NCBI GenBank assembly: GCA_030167865.1
Contig: JALAGF010002752.1
Coordinates: 1-58,711 of the forward strand
Reading direction: 5' to 3'
DNA length: 58,711 nt
Origin: Craspedostauros australis
Taxonomy: Eukaryota
The stretch's first letter is position 1. Each line of letters starts with the position of its first letter. The notes under the pieces are model-generated. The model made no database searches, was not told the origin of the DNA, and saw nothing but the letters and a program-made list of their open reading frames with translations. This document shows positions 1 to 11,560 of the stretch, one piece after another. Both the position numbers and the translations under genes were made by a program.

Positions 1-1
1 G

Positions 2-175
2 AAAGGCAAGAAGAAGACGTCCAACAAGAGCAAAGCCGAGATCAGTGAGCCTCACAACAACAACAGCAAGACCGAAGCAGCACCAACCATGAACACATTC
101 GAAGTGGCCATGTTCGCTGGCAAGGACGAGCATCACAGCAAAGCAGGGCAGGATACCAACACAGCAGAGGTGTAG
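2..175 (+). CDS. 3' end of an unidentified CDS entering from the left edge
   Basis: Frame 2 is open from the edge to TAG at 173-175 (KGKKKTSNKSKAEISEPH...QDTNTAEV*) with coding-like codons; no family recognised. Confidence 0.45.
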   Translation, partial: KGKKKTSNKSKAEISEPHNNNSKTEAAPTMNTFEVAMFAGKDEHHSKAGQDTNTAEV

Positions 176-362
176 CTGCAAATCGAAGTAGTAGTGATTA
201 TATGTTATAGGCACACCTGTGATTCGAATGGTTGTGTGCACATCGTCTGCTTGATGGCATGGAGGATTGTGGTGTGATGTGTTGTGTTTGAGTTTTTTTT
301 TGTGACGAGGACCGTAATTTTTGTGTCGCGGTTGGTGCGCGTCGCCACACGATCGGTGTGTT

Positions 363-488
363 GTGTCGCGGAGCCGTCACGTTGTGTTGTGGCACGGTCC
401 GCGTGTGTTGCGGCGCGATTGGTGTGTGCTGCGCAGCCATCACGTTGTGTTGCGAAGCAAGGGCCACGTGCTGCAAGACGCACTCGCA
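363..488. repeat. Degenerate 21-bp tandem repeat (about 6 units)
   Basis: Units begin GTG(T/C)(T/C)G at 363, 384, 405, 426, 447 and 468. Units 1 and 4 are very similar (gtgtcgcggagccgtcacgtt / gtgctgcgcagccatcacgtt). Confidence 0.75.
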
Positions 489-939
489 TCTTGTGTTGTG
501 AGTGGTTTCGCATGACGTCGAATCCGTCCTGTGACGTAGAAGACGGATCATGGAGAAACAACACGAAATAGCTCTAAATGTACAATCGCCGTTGCTCCCA
601 AAAGCAAGCAAACCAGTGGCAACAAGGGGCCAAAACTCTACAACTAGTGCTATCGTGACCCCATTTTACATTCTCTGCAGCTAGTAGATGGAGTATGGTG
701 CGGCTGAAGATTGGCGAAAGACACACAAACAGGCAGGGTCACAAAAGCATGGACCAAGCGCACGATCTACCTTCACAGATCCTGGCATAGCCCGAAGGCA
801 CAAACGAGTGGTATGTACCCACCACACCTCATAGCTCGTATTATACGATGGAAGTACTCCAACCGGCATTGTGCGAGTTGTTCCTTCCGCGGGCAAAACG
901 ATAACTTGCAGCTTGGTTTGCGAAATCGCGAAAAGTATG

Positions 940-1013
940 AGCTTCATCGCGGATTCGAACCACGGACCTCCTCATTACTAATGAGGTGCTCTAACCAACT
1001 GAGCTAATGGAGC
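940..1013 (-). tRNA. tRNA-Thr(AGT)
   Basis: Minus strand reads GCTCCAT TA GCTC AGTTGGTTA GAGC A CCTCA TT-AGT-AA TGAGG AGGTC CGTGG TTCGAAT CCGCG ATGAAGC T. Full cloverleaf with A and B boxes, followed by a TTTT Pol III terminator a few nt downstream. Confidence 0.96.
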
Positions 1014-1410
1014 TGCCACTGTTGAGGACGTTGCTGCTGGTGCGTAACAATTTTGGATTCAATTATATACTTTTCACGCCATGTGGTTTGGACAGTGTTC
1101 CTCTCGACTCCTCATCCTGATAGTTTGGCCCAATGCGAGGTGCACTGCGTCTTTGTCGTCAATAGAATAGGGCAGAGTAGTACAGTGGGATACTTCTTTT
1201 CGATAGACAAGGGGCAAGGGACAAGGAACCACCTTGAGTGCATCATGCCATTCATGTTAGGAGTTATTTCATGCTCCCCGCTTGGCTCTCTCATCAATCT
1301 TCTGCGTCGAAAGATCATGAGCACAGGTGTGACTGTTGTCACCCGAAACAACCCAGGACAGTTTGATGTTGCAAACATGTCGCACTATGATAGTCACGAC
1401 AGTGCTTTAC

Positions 1411-2316
1411 TCATTTAAACAAAGCCTTCAAGTCATCCGCCCCATCCTCGGTGGCGCTCTGTCGAGGCGTTGTCCCATCACTGTCTGGTTTGTCAGGATC
1501 CGCCCCCCTTCCCAACAGGAGCTTGCAGGTGGGCACGCTCTCGGCGATGACGGCAAGGTGGAGAGGAGTGAATCCATCATCATCGCTGAGGTGGATGTCC
1601 GCGCCGGCATCCAGCAACACCGTCGCGCAGTCCACGTGACCTCTGTCAGCCGCCAGATGCAACGGTGTCTGGCCATAATCATCCAAGGTGTTGGGGTCCT
1701 GATCTCCCTTGTCCAGGAGCATCTTCAGAATTGTAGGATCCTCGTTGCTTGCTGCCATGTGCAACGTCCCCTCTGCGTACACGTCGTCCTCTCCGTTTTC
1801 GCCGTTAATCAATGTGCTTGGTTTGGACCCACCGAATGCCTGCATGAACATCCCATCCTCGTCCTCGTCAGCATCATTCTCGTCATCCCCAACAGCTCCA
1901 GATAGAATATCGGAGGCAAGGGCATTGTACAGCATCGCTGCCACCTGCTTTGGCATATTCCCCAGGTCTTTCCATGCGTTGTGCTTCGCCGTCGCAACGA
2001 GGTTGAACATGGAGGGCTGCGGTTCCTGGCATGGACCCACCGTGATTTGCTTGAACAGACCATAGAGCTGCAGCTGATGCAATTTCTTCATCGATTCCAC
2101 CGTTCGGATCTGCTCCGCCATCTCCCGAAACTGCGCTTCCAGCGCCGTCTTTGGCTCTCCATCGAAGTCACCATCGCGACTGCCGGACTGTCCACGTCTG
2201 CCTTTGCTGGAGCTCCTGCGATAAACGTAGATGGAAATGCCAACGACCGCGATCGCCGATATCACGCTCATGACCAACTGCCGTTGGGATGGTTTCGTTG
2301 GTGAAGCTGCAACCAT
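1411..2316 (-). CDS. Acyl-CoA-binding domain + ankyrin repeat protein with N-terminal membrane anchor
   Basis: Hydrophobic VISAIAVVGISIYVY; ACBP motif LQLYGLFKQITVGPC...AKHNAWKDLGNM; ankyrin repeats GQTPLHLAADRGH and GFTPLHLAVIAES. Single exon, 301 aa. Confidence 0.92.
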   Translation of the reverse strand: MVAASPTKPSQRQLVMSVISAIAVVGISIYVYRRSSSKGRRGQSGSRDGDFDGEPKTALEAQFREMAEQIRTVESMKKLHQLQLYGLFKQITVGPCQEPQPSMFNLVATAKHNAWKDLGNMPKQVAAMLYNALASDILSGAVGDDENDADEDEDGMFMQAFGGSKPSTLINGENGEDDVYAEGTLHMAASNEDPTILKMLLDKGDQDPNTLDDYGQTPLHLAADRGHVDCATVLLDAGADIHLSDDDGFTPLHLAVIAESVPTCKLLLGRGADPDKPDSDGTTPRQSATEDGADDLKALFK

Positions 2317-2793
2317 GATGCTTGTTCCCTTCCTTCCTCTCTTTCTTTGTTGTCCGAGATGCGCTTGTGAGTGGTGATCCTCCTTGTTAGATTGATTCGT
2401 GTTAGCGTTGGTGTTGGCGTTGCGGGCACGTTTGTGTTGGTCTCATCTTTGTCCAAGCGCCGCGGAACATCAGGTTTCCCGATACCGACGAACTCCACAT
2501 GTTTTCGCTTTCTTTGCGGAAGCGCGACTCTTCATGAAATCAATGGAATCGACCCCATCAAACATTGAAAAGACCTACCACTGGCCGTACTCCACAGACG
2601 GGTACAACAAATGCCCAAAGGCAACGCGTTGCATGTCCACCCAGTGCACTTCCCTCCCATCCTGGCGCGCTCTACCATTTGCTCTTTCACTCCTCTTACT
2701 CTACTCTATTCGTTTTTTTGTTTCGCTAATTTTATTCATTTTTATTGCGTGTATGTATTTGTTTCATTCCATGCCCGTGCACGTACTCACTGC

Positions 2794-5700
2794 CTACGGG
2801 GTGCTGCTGCCTCGGCAGGATGGGCTGTCAAGCCAGAACGTTTCGCTTTGGATTGGCAGATTGGCGCGATGCGTGCCATCCTTTCCGCACAACATCTCCC
2901 ATCGCTCATGTGTCTCGGTGATGATGCTCAATGCTTCGGTTGCCGTCTTCGGAATTTCAGATGCCAGAGTGTTCTCGGCCTTGCCGCTGCTGGTCTTGTA
3001 CCTTTTCAACCAGGTCTTGAGCTTGTTGGTGTGACCTGGCTTGACATGGTCCAAGTCATTCGTCGAGTAGATTTTGTGCGCGTCCGGATCCGAGAGGGCA
3101 ATGCAAAGGATCTTGTAATCGGTCTCGCCTTGATCGATGAGCTCGAGCGATCCAATCACGCGGCACGGAGTGATGCTTCCCATCTTCAGTGGGCCAGAAC
3201 CCAGCTCGATGACATCCAGCGGATCATTGTCACCGAAATGACCCTCCTCAGACATCACAGAAGGATCCTCCCAGGTTTGCGAGATGAAACCGTAGTTGAA
3301 GAATGGCGATCCGTACGTGTAGTACCGAGGAGTACCATCGGAGTTGATGTCTTGGCCGATGGCGTTGTGTGGGTAGTCCTTGTTAAGCTCCATCTTGGCT
3401 GCCATGAACATTGGGATCTCGGTCACGAGGTTGATGATGGTTGGGTCGCTGGCGTGCTCCTTTGGTCTCATGGGGACGTCGTGCCAGAAGCTGTTGTACT
3501 TGGTCGACGAGAGATGGAAGTCAGAGCTTCCCATTCGTCCAACGAAGCTGGTCATGGCATCGGCAGGCGGTTCCATGAACTGGCGCGACCACGGGATCCA
3601 ACGGTCCGTCTCGTCGATGTTCTTGTAGTAGTCGACGACCTGCTGCCAGCCCTTTGGCACCATGAAGCCAGCTGGGATGCAGTTGGCTGACAGAAGGTCC
3701 GTTGGGATGTTGTGCAATGGGCATGGCACAGCACCCTGTCTGGCAAGCGCTCTCATCTTGGTTCCCGAAATGCTGATGAAATCATCCATCCTGGACTTGT
3801 CTGGGACCTTCATGACGTTGTCGGTAATGTCGTACATGACCTTCACGAACGACAGCATCTTCATGTCACCGATTCCTGGAGAGTTTTGCAGGACATACCT
3901 TCCATGGTCACCGTCGTAGAGATCGTCATCAGGATGGGCGACAGCGATCGAGGATCCCTTCATGCCAGCCGGGTCTCTTCCCACCACGAAGTAGGAGGCG
4001 CCTGCGCTGCGTCGAGACTTGGCATGGAATTCGACTTCTGTTGGGCCTGCGTAGATCATCGGTGATGGCCAGATTGCCATGACGGTGGTCTCGGGATCCA
4101 AACCGCCTGGATGACTGGTTCCGGCCTCGAGGACGTATTCGTGCTGCTTGACTCGCACATCGAGAGGCACATCATCCGACTTTGTCCATCCACCGAGTGG
4201 GCTCAGCCACAGCACGGGGTTGCGGTAGCCCTGCGACTTGAGGTCTTCTCCGGCCGAGCGCATGAGGTAGGCATGGCCAGCATGTGTCGGGTTTCTCGTC
4301 TGATGGGGCAAAAAACACGCGGGCGCACGAACGTGCGTACATTGATAGGAAAGACAACGAAATAGGAATGACAAAGTCAGCATCAAAGTTTGGGAGTGGG
4401 GAGGAAGTTCGTTGCCGAATGTGACAATGAATACGCGTGATACGTAGGTAGCGGCGCTCCAAAACTCCGCTCCACTCAATCAAATTGAAAGCAACACGGA
4501 ACAGTGCAGTGCAATGAAAATGCGGGTGCAGATTTCTCACTCCACTCCACCCTCCTCCACTTTGATTGTGCGATTACACCACTTCTTACCTGGAAGGCGT
4601 AGACAGTGTCGGCACCCTTCTGCTCGAACTCGTCCATGAGCTCCTTGGCTGTCTTTCTCCACTTGTCCAGCCCGTCGTTGTACCGGATGCGCTCCAACAG
4701 CTCGATCTCTCCTCCGATCAAGAAGTCTCCGCCCATGTAGATGTTGTGAATGTATGGGTGTCCCATGTCGATGACACCGTACGTGCGTGCGACGATCTCT
4801 TCCTTGCGGTTTGGGTAGATCTCGATGTTACGCATGATGGCGAGGGTCTTGCCCATGCGATTGGTCAAGGCGACGTCCAAGAGGCCGGAGTCTTCGATGG
4901 ATTTCTTGGTGAACTCGGTGATGGCCAGCGTGATGGGGACGGACATGGAGACGCGATCGCGTGGTGTGGTTGGTGGGAAGTTGGCAAAGTCAGTGATGGA
5001 ATCCAACCGGTCCTTGCTGCCAGTCACGTTGAATGGGTCCACGAGGATGGAGTTGAAATGGATGGTCTCCAGCAAGGTTCCCTCGCGCATGAATCCCTTC
5101 AATGGTGCGGCCCAGCCTTCTCCGATGGTTTGCAACCAGTTGACATCGATGTCGGTCAAGAGGACCTTGGGAAGCGTCATGGCCTCCGCCTTCTTGGCGG
5201 TCTGGAGATGCTCTGGCACAATAAGATCGATGATCTCGTCACCATCTGGGTTCGGCAGACCTGGCGGGGTGACCTTCGGTGCGCCAATGAGAATGCCATC
5301 GCGTTCCAGCTGACGGAACAATATCTCCACCGACTCCTCGATCTTGAGCTCGTGAGTTTTGAGGATCAGCTCTGGGTGCATTGGTGCCTCGTACGGATCG
5401 TCGATGCAGGTGAAGTGCTTGAGCTCTCCGCTCTCGACACGTGCGTACTGTCCCTTGGGGTCGCGCTTCTTGAGCTCATCCACGGGGACATCCAAAAAGA
5501 CCTCGTAGAATGGAATGCCCTGATCCTCGTGGCGCTTTCGGGCTGCGTCGCGGTCGGCAATGTAGGGGCTGATGAGACCGACGAGGGTGATGACTCCGGA
5601 ATCACTGAAGAGCGCGGCCAACTCCCCCGTGCGCCTGACGGATTCGGCACGGTCTGAGGCAGAGAAGGTCAAGTCGCGGTTGATTCCTGTGCGGAGGTTG

Positions 5701-6873
5701 TCACCGTCCAGACGGTAGACGTGCTTGCCGTGTTCCTTGACGAGCTTGTCCTCGAGTGCCGTGGCGATGGTGGTCTTGCCAGCACCGCTGCAACCGGTCA
5801 TCCAGATCGTGGCGCCCTTCTGTCCAAGCGAGGCATAGCGTTCCTTGGATGGAAGGTGACACGCCGCCTGATTCTCACCGTCGGCAGCCTTGTCGCATTC
5901 GATGATGTGCGGTGGCGTGTTCTGCAAGGCCTTCTCGCGCAGCTGTCCCATCAAATCTCCCGTGTCATTAAGAGTGGGGCAGTCGCAATCTGCTGGCTGT
6001 TGCTGGACCTCTGCCGGCATGGTGTACTGCTGTTGCTGTTGCTGAGGCTGCGTTGGTGGTCCCTGTGGCTGCTGGGGTGCGCTGTTCGTCATCGTGTTGT
6101 ATTGCTGCGGTGTTTGGTTGGCGTTGACCTGCGGTGGAGGGTAAACGTTGGATTGGGTGTTTGGGATCTGGTTGTTGTTCATCATGGGGTACTGCTGGTT
6201 GGTATTCTGCTGTGCCCCGTAGTAGTTGGTGTTAGCATTGGCGTTGGCATTGGCGTTCATGCCGTTGATCATGGGTGCGGTGCCCTCCGGAATTGAGCTG
6301 CCTGTGTGCGGTGGTCCGCTCGCACGCATGGAACCGGCTGCTGGGTTTGACAGACTCTCGGTGTCACCAGCGCGAGACAGGACGAAGACGATTGCCAACA
6401 GGACGCAGATCCCAACGCACATTGGCATGCGTTCATGGACGAGGTTGTCCTCGTCGCGATCATTGCTGCTGCCATCATGAGGGTGTCGGCGGTTCTGGTC
6501 CTGTCATTTTGGGGAGAATGAGGAGAGGCACGATGTCGAAGATGATGTGAGAAAAGAGGACGGCGGCATGTTATTGTTGGTGTCATCCATACACTATCCC
6601 ACGTTTTGCAAGCTGCGCTTTGCAATCCACGCTGTCCGATATCGTAGAGTGATGCGCAAGCGATGTGAAGAGCACATCAAACGCATCAAACCCATCGGAA
6701 TGGTGATGGACTGATGGAAAGATGACTCCTGTCATCGCGAGAGAGGGCGAACCAGCAATCTGCGAAACTGAAGAGACGACCAACGGAGCCATCGGCATGG
6801 CATTCATCCACTTCGCCTCTCGATCGGTCATTCCACTCACCACCGACACCGGAGCGTACGCGTACTTGGCCAT
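2794..6873 (-). CDS. Trifunctional APS kinase - ATP sulfurylase - inorganic pyrophosphatase (PAPS synthase fusion) with type II signal-anchor; exons 6873-6841, 6500-4590, 4299-2794 (about 1149 aa)
   Basis: APS kinase motifs GCSGAGKT, LDGDNLR and RDPKGQY. ATP sulfurylase FQ|TRNPTHAGH (joined across a phase-0 GT-AG intron, 4589-4300) and VVGRDPAG. PPase GDNDPLDV and IDQGETDYKI. First exon MAKYAYAPVSV|gtgagt joins in phase 0 to cag|DQNRR... Confidence 0.93.
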
Positions 6874-7644
6874 GGTGAACAGCGGCGTATCGTTTTGAAG
6901 AGAGTAAAATATCTGTGTGTGATGCTTCTATCTGCTCTATCGATGTGACTACTTGCTTGCTTTCCGCAATCACGTGCGGTACAATGACATCAACAGAATC
7001 TTATGACACGATGAACCGTTGGTGTTGTGGACATGTCCTCCATCTCCTCCATCTCCTCATGTCTGCTTACGATGGAGACGCATTTTTGGCGTTGGTTGGA
7101 TGGAAGGGAGGAGCGATTCTTCGCTCAGATTTTGTTCCTTTCTCAACGCACACGCATGAGCCAAAGAGGAAAAGCCAACCCCGGTCATTGCCATCGACTC
7201 GTGCGAATGAGCGGGAACAAACTCAAGTCTTGGATGAGTACTTATGTTCGAATGAGTCCACAACGGTCTATCGAGTCGAACAATGGATCCAACAGGGACG
7301 CAACTTGACACGGGAACGAAAAGAGATTCGCATCTTGTGTCATCTCTTGTTTGTGGTTCGTCTCGATTCTCTCCCTCCGTTGTTCCACGAGACGCAATCG
7401 TGTTGGAGTGGGTGATGCGCGAGGGGATGGCGAAGATCGCATCTCCATCACCGTTGCCGTCGCCGTTGCCATCGCCGTTGTTGCGAACAAGTGTTGCAAC
7501 TGTCGCTTCCATCCAGGAAGACACAGGAGCAACATCGACATCCACAACGTCCACAAATCCGCAGGATCAGCCCAAGCCACTCGCTCACTCACTCGCTCGC
7601 TCGGCCACACCAACATCAACATCTTGATGAAGCAGAATCAAATC

Positions 7645-9442
7645 ATGGATCTCCTGTCCGCAATCGATCCCAAGATTGCCGCCATCGTCGTGGGCGGATC
7701 ATTCACCGCGATCTTCGTCACCAAGGCCGCTTTCACGCAGTGGGGCAAGTCGGCCTACAAGACCATCAAGGACTCGCCCAAGACGGAGTGCGACATCGAT
7801 GCCTTCGTCGGTGACCGCAACCCCGCCAACGCCTTCAAGATCGCCGCGGCCCATAGGTTCCGCCTGGGATGGCGCAAGGCGCGCACGGAGATCATCCCGC
7901 TCGAATGCACGGAATCGCCGCACTTCGACGGGTTGTATGTGGCGCGCAACATTACGAAGGACGGCGCCAAGGCCAAGCCCCTCGCGGATCTCCTTCCCAA
8001 GAACGGTGACAAGCCCACGGTCATCGTCGCCACCATCCGCATGGGATTCGGACACCACCGCCTGGCCTACTCCGCCTGCTCCTGGTCCTTGGCCAACGGC
8101 TACACCACCATCTTCCATGACATGCTCAACGTCAAGTCCGAGGAAGCCGATCTCATCAAGACTGTGGACGAATTGTACTCCAAGTTCTCGCGCATGGCAT
8201 CTGAGATGGGTGGCACCTTCGAGAAGATGTGGGGATCTGCCATGAAGTCCGGTGATGCGGACGCCCTGCGCATCGCTGCCCTCACTGCCGCACATCTGCA
8301 ACCGTTGCTCCTGGCCTACCCCAAGGATATTCCCATCATCACCACGCATCAGCTGGTGGCATTGACAGCCGCGGCGGTTGGTTTCACCAACGTCGTCAAC
8401 CTCGTGGTGGACAACTACCCGCAATGGTGAGCATTGGCTGTGCTTGAGTTTGTGTTTGCGTGCGGATTGCATTCCATTCTCCTCCAGAACGCTTGCTTTC
8501 AACACTCTTGCTGATGTTTCAAGTCTCACATGCCGTCGCTCTGCTTGACTCTACTTCATAACATTCCATTGTGCTCTCTTAATAACCACAATGGCCAACA
8601 CAACCACTATGATGTGCAGGTTCCTCGTCGTCCCACGCACTCTCAACCTTTGCCAAGGACCGGTCAACTACCAGAGCTTCCTCAACATGGGCGTGCCAGC
8701 CAACGAGGTTGCGTACGCCGGACATTGGATCGGTCACGAGATGGTTTCCAACATCCCCGCCGACTGCAAGCGTCGTGTGGAGCGTGCCAAGCTTGGATAC
8801 GGCGACTCCAAATCCAGCCAAGCCGCTCGTCGTCTGTTGATCCCGGTCGGTGGCGCAGGCGCGCAGCGCAAGTTCATCATTGGTCTCATCGCCAAGCTGG
8901 AGACGCTGGTCAAGAACGGACGTGTCCAGCTCCTGCTCAACGCTGGAGATCATGTGCACATGAAATCTGCCTTCGTCGGAGTCCTGGAGGAATGCAAGCT
9001 GGATTACGATCTCATCACCACCACGCAGGGCGTGTACGACTTCCAGAAGAAGCTGCTGAATTCCTCCACGGCAGAACCGGCCAAGGCCGTGACGCTGTTT
9101 GCCTTCGACGAGTACTTCCCTGCCGTTGCCACCACCGACATCCTCTGCCGCGTTGCCGATGTCCTGACATGCAAACCAAGCGAACTGGCATTCTACCCCG
9201 TCCCAAAGCTGCACATCCGCCGTGTTGGAGACCACGAGGCCGACTCGGCACGCCGGTCCGCAGAGCTTGGCGATGGCAGTCTGGAGGCGCGCGAATTGGA
9301 CGATGCGATGGCGAATGTGAAGCTCTTCCTGGATTCACCCGACTGGCTCGTACAAATGAACGAATCCATCATCGAGAACAACACCATCGGCATCTACGAA
9401 GGCTGCAAGAGAGCAGTGTCGTTCGCCGTTGAAAAGAAGTGA
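7645..9442 (+). CDS. GT-B fold glycosyltransferase-like protein (MGDG-synthase/MurG-like features); exons 7645-8426, 8620-9442 (about 534 aa)
   Basis: TIRMGFGHHRLA (GxGH acceptor loop), LIPVGGAGAQ, DVLTCKPSELAFYPVPKLHIRRVGDHE. Intron gtgagc...tgcag splits a Trp codon to give DNYPQW-FLVVP. N-terminal hydrophobic segment. Confidence 0.75.
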
Positions 9443-10377
9443 AGCGAAGCGAATGGAGTATGAACGCCGCGAGATGCGCGCCCACACGGAAGGACTGGCC
9501 AGTTGTTGAGGTCGATTGCCATCTCCAAAATGAAGTACCCCACCGCAGAGTCTGTAATCGTGGAGCAAGTGCAATACTCCGACTCTATGATTAACTCTGC
9601 TACTGTTGCATACATCACTCTGCAGTATTGGATTGAATATCATGCAAGTGACGAAAAGTTGCGTTGGGAGGCGAGAGATTGCATTTTGGCACGGTCGTTG
9701 TGGATGAAGTTGCTATCTCTTCACCTTCTAGTCTAACGTCAAATACTTGAAAGCGTTTTTGGTTGTTGTTCCGTCAAGTTGATTCATCCGACCACAACGA
9801 ATGACGCAAGAACGCCAACGACACACACCAAACACGTTGACGGCACCAACTGATGACAACGAACGTCGTCAACCACAACGAGTGCAACAACGAGACAGCA
9901 AAGAAGAGAATGACAGCTGTTGCCGACAGAGTCAGCGCTCGAGAGACGCGCTCTGATACGAAGAGAGAGAGCTTCAACACCAGCACCGAAGAATAGGAGT
10001 CGGCGTTGGCAGCGGTTTCCTTTTCGCATCGGCATTGCAAGTGTCTCTCTTCCTTCGAAAGAACCACAACCGAACCATAGCGGAAGAAGGCACTCACCAA
10101 GAGAACACGCTGATCATAGCAAAGTAAAGAATAGCATCACAAAGAACAACACAATAACACAAAAAGAGAGAGGCATCAGGTGCAAAGGCGAAGGTCTCAT
10201 TCATTCGGCACCATCCATTGAAAGCAGCACGTTTGTTCTCAGAAACAACCGAGTACTCTGCTGCACTCTGCGAACAGAGAGGTGTGAGAAAGCTCCGCGC
10301 AACTTACAATACGGGTGCAGAACACCACCGATCCGTTCGTTCCCTCATTCACGCACCTGCCACAAACACACACCGTG

Positions 10378-11560
10378 ATGATGACGGCGACGACAACAAC
10401 AATGAAGCCAATCAAGCAGGACAGCCAAGGCCGATCAATATCAAGAATCGCCACGTTCACGACGTTGCTGTGCGTCTTCGTGCAGGTGGAACAGCTTCAT
10501 GCATTCATGTTGCCATCCTCCAGCCGGTGCCGATTCTCAACACGCGATGGCACCGACAAGAGATTGTTTTCCTTCGTGGACGATCAAGCAACAGTGACTG
10601 GCACGGCCAATACCACAGCAAGTGGAATGGCAACAACGATTTTCGACACAACCACGACCTTGCCTGCATCCAACGCTGCGCAATTCGGTGAGGTCGTCTC
10701 ATTGAAAGGCCCGCGCAATGAGAACAGTGTCGACATGATCGACGATGAAGACAACGACGCTCTCAAAGTCCTGAAAATGAAACGTCGCAATTTCATCGTC
10801 GCCGTTGCTTCGATTGCGCTGGCATTGTTGAATTATTCATGGGAATACACGCATCCCATCACGCCGATACAGCTGTTAGCTACTATGGAACAGCAGTCGG
10901 CATCCATCACGACGATCGGAACGAATTCCAAGCCAACGGTGGTGGACTTTTGGGCGCCGTGGTGAGTCAAGTGAAGTGGAAATGACACTGGCGATGCCAT
11001 TTGCAATGCCAACGGCATCTGTGAAAGGGAATGCCTTCTTTTTCGCGATGTGATGTGATGCGGTTTGGTTTGGTCCAGTTTTGTTTTGTTTTGTTCGGTT
11101 TGCTGGCGCGGTTGATCGCTGCGAGGTGGTACTGGTACCAACAGCGCATGAACTCATTCATCTGCTTACTTTTGCACTCGTCTGCATCCAACACGCGCGC
11201 AGGTGCGAGAACTGCAAAGTCATCGCGCCCACCCTCCAAAAGGTGGAGGAGGAATATGCCGGCAAGGTGAACTTCGTGATGGTGAACGGCGACCGACCAG
11301 AGGCCTGGCCACTGATTGAGCGATTTGGCGTCGACGCCATTCCTCATCTGGCGCTGATCAGCGCCGACGGCGACGTGGAAACGGCCTTGATCGGTCCGGT
11401 CCCCAAATCGGTGCTGGAACGAGATTTGGATGTGTTGCTGTCCAACGCGGCGGCGCAGAATGGCGATGTGAGCAGCGTGCAGCAACCGCTGCCGTATCAG
11501 ATGCTGGACGTCTTTGCCAACAGACCCGATCTGAGACGGATCAAGTTCAATTTGGATTGA
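10378..11560 (+). CDS. HCF164: HCF164/TxlA-like plastid membrane thioredoxin; exons 10378-10961, 11203-11560 (start approximate)
   Basis: Splicing restores DFWAPW-CENC, followed by FGVDAIPH (cis-Pro loop). TM segment FIVAVASIALALL precedes the Trx domain. Signal-peptide-like LLCVFVQVEQLHA-FML resembles the diatom ASAFAP cleavage motif. Confidence 0.85.

Noticed and set aside
363-488. CRISPR-like array
   Set aside because: No invariant repeats with unique spacers, no cas genes, eukaryotic context.
2611-5657. Long plus-strand ORFs (359 and 363 aa)
   Set aside because: Antisense shadows of the PAPS synthase caused by codon bias; the same applies to the shadows over ABCF2, HECT, NFACT and the p400-like gene.
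8425-8430. Apparent premature stop or split gene in the glycosyltransferase
   Set aside because: Explained by GT-AG intron 8427-8619.
10960-10965. TGA directly after WAPW in the thioredoxin, suggesting selenocysteine (WU..C)
   Set aside because: The TGA is part of a gtgagt donor; splicing to 11203 restores WCENC.
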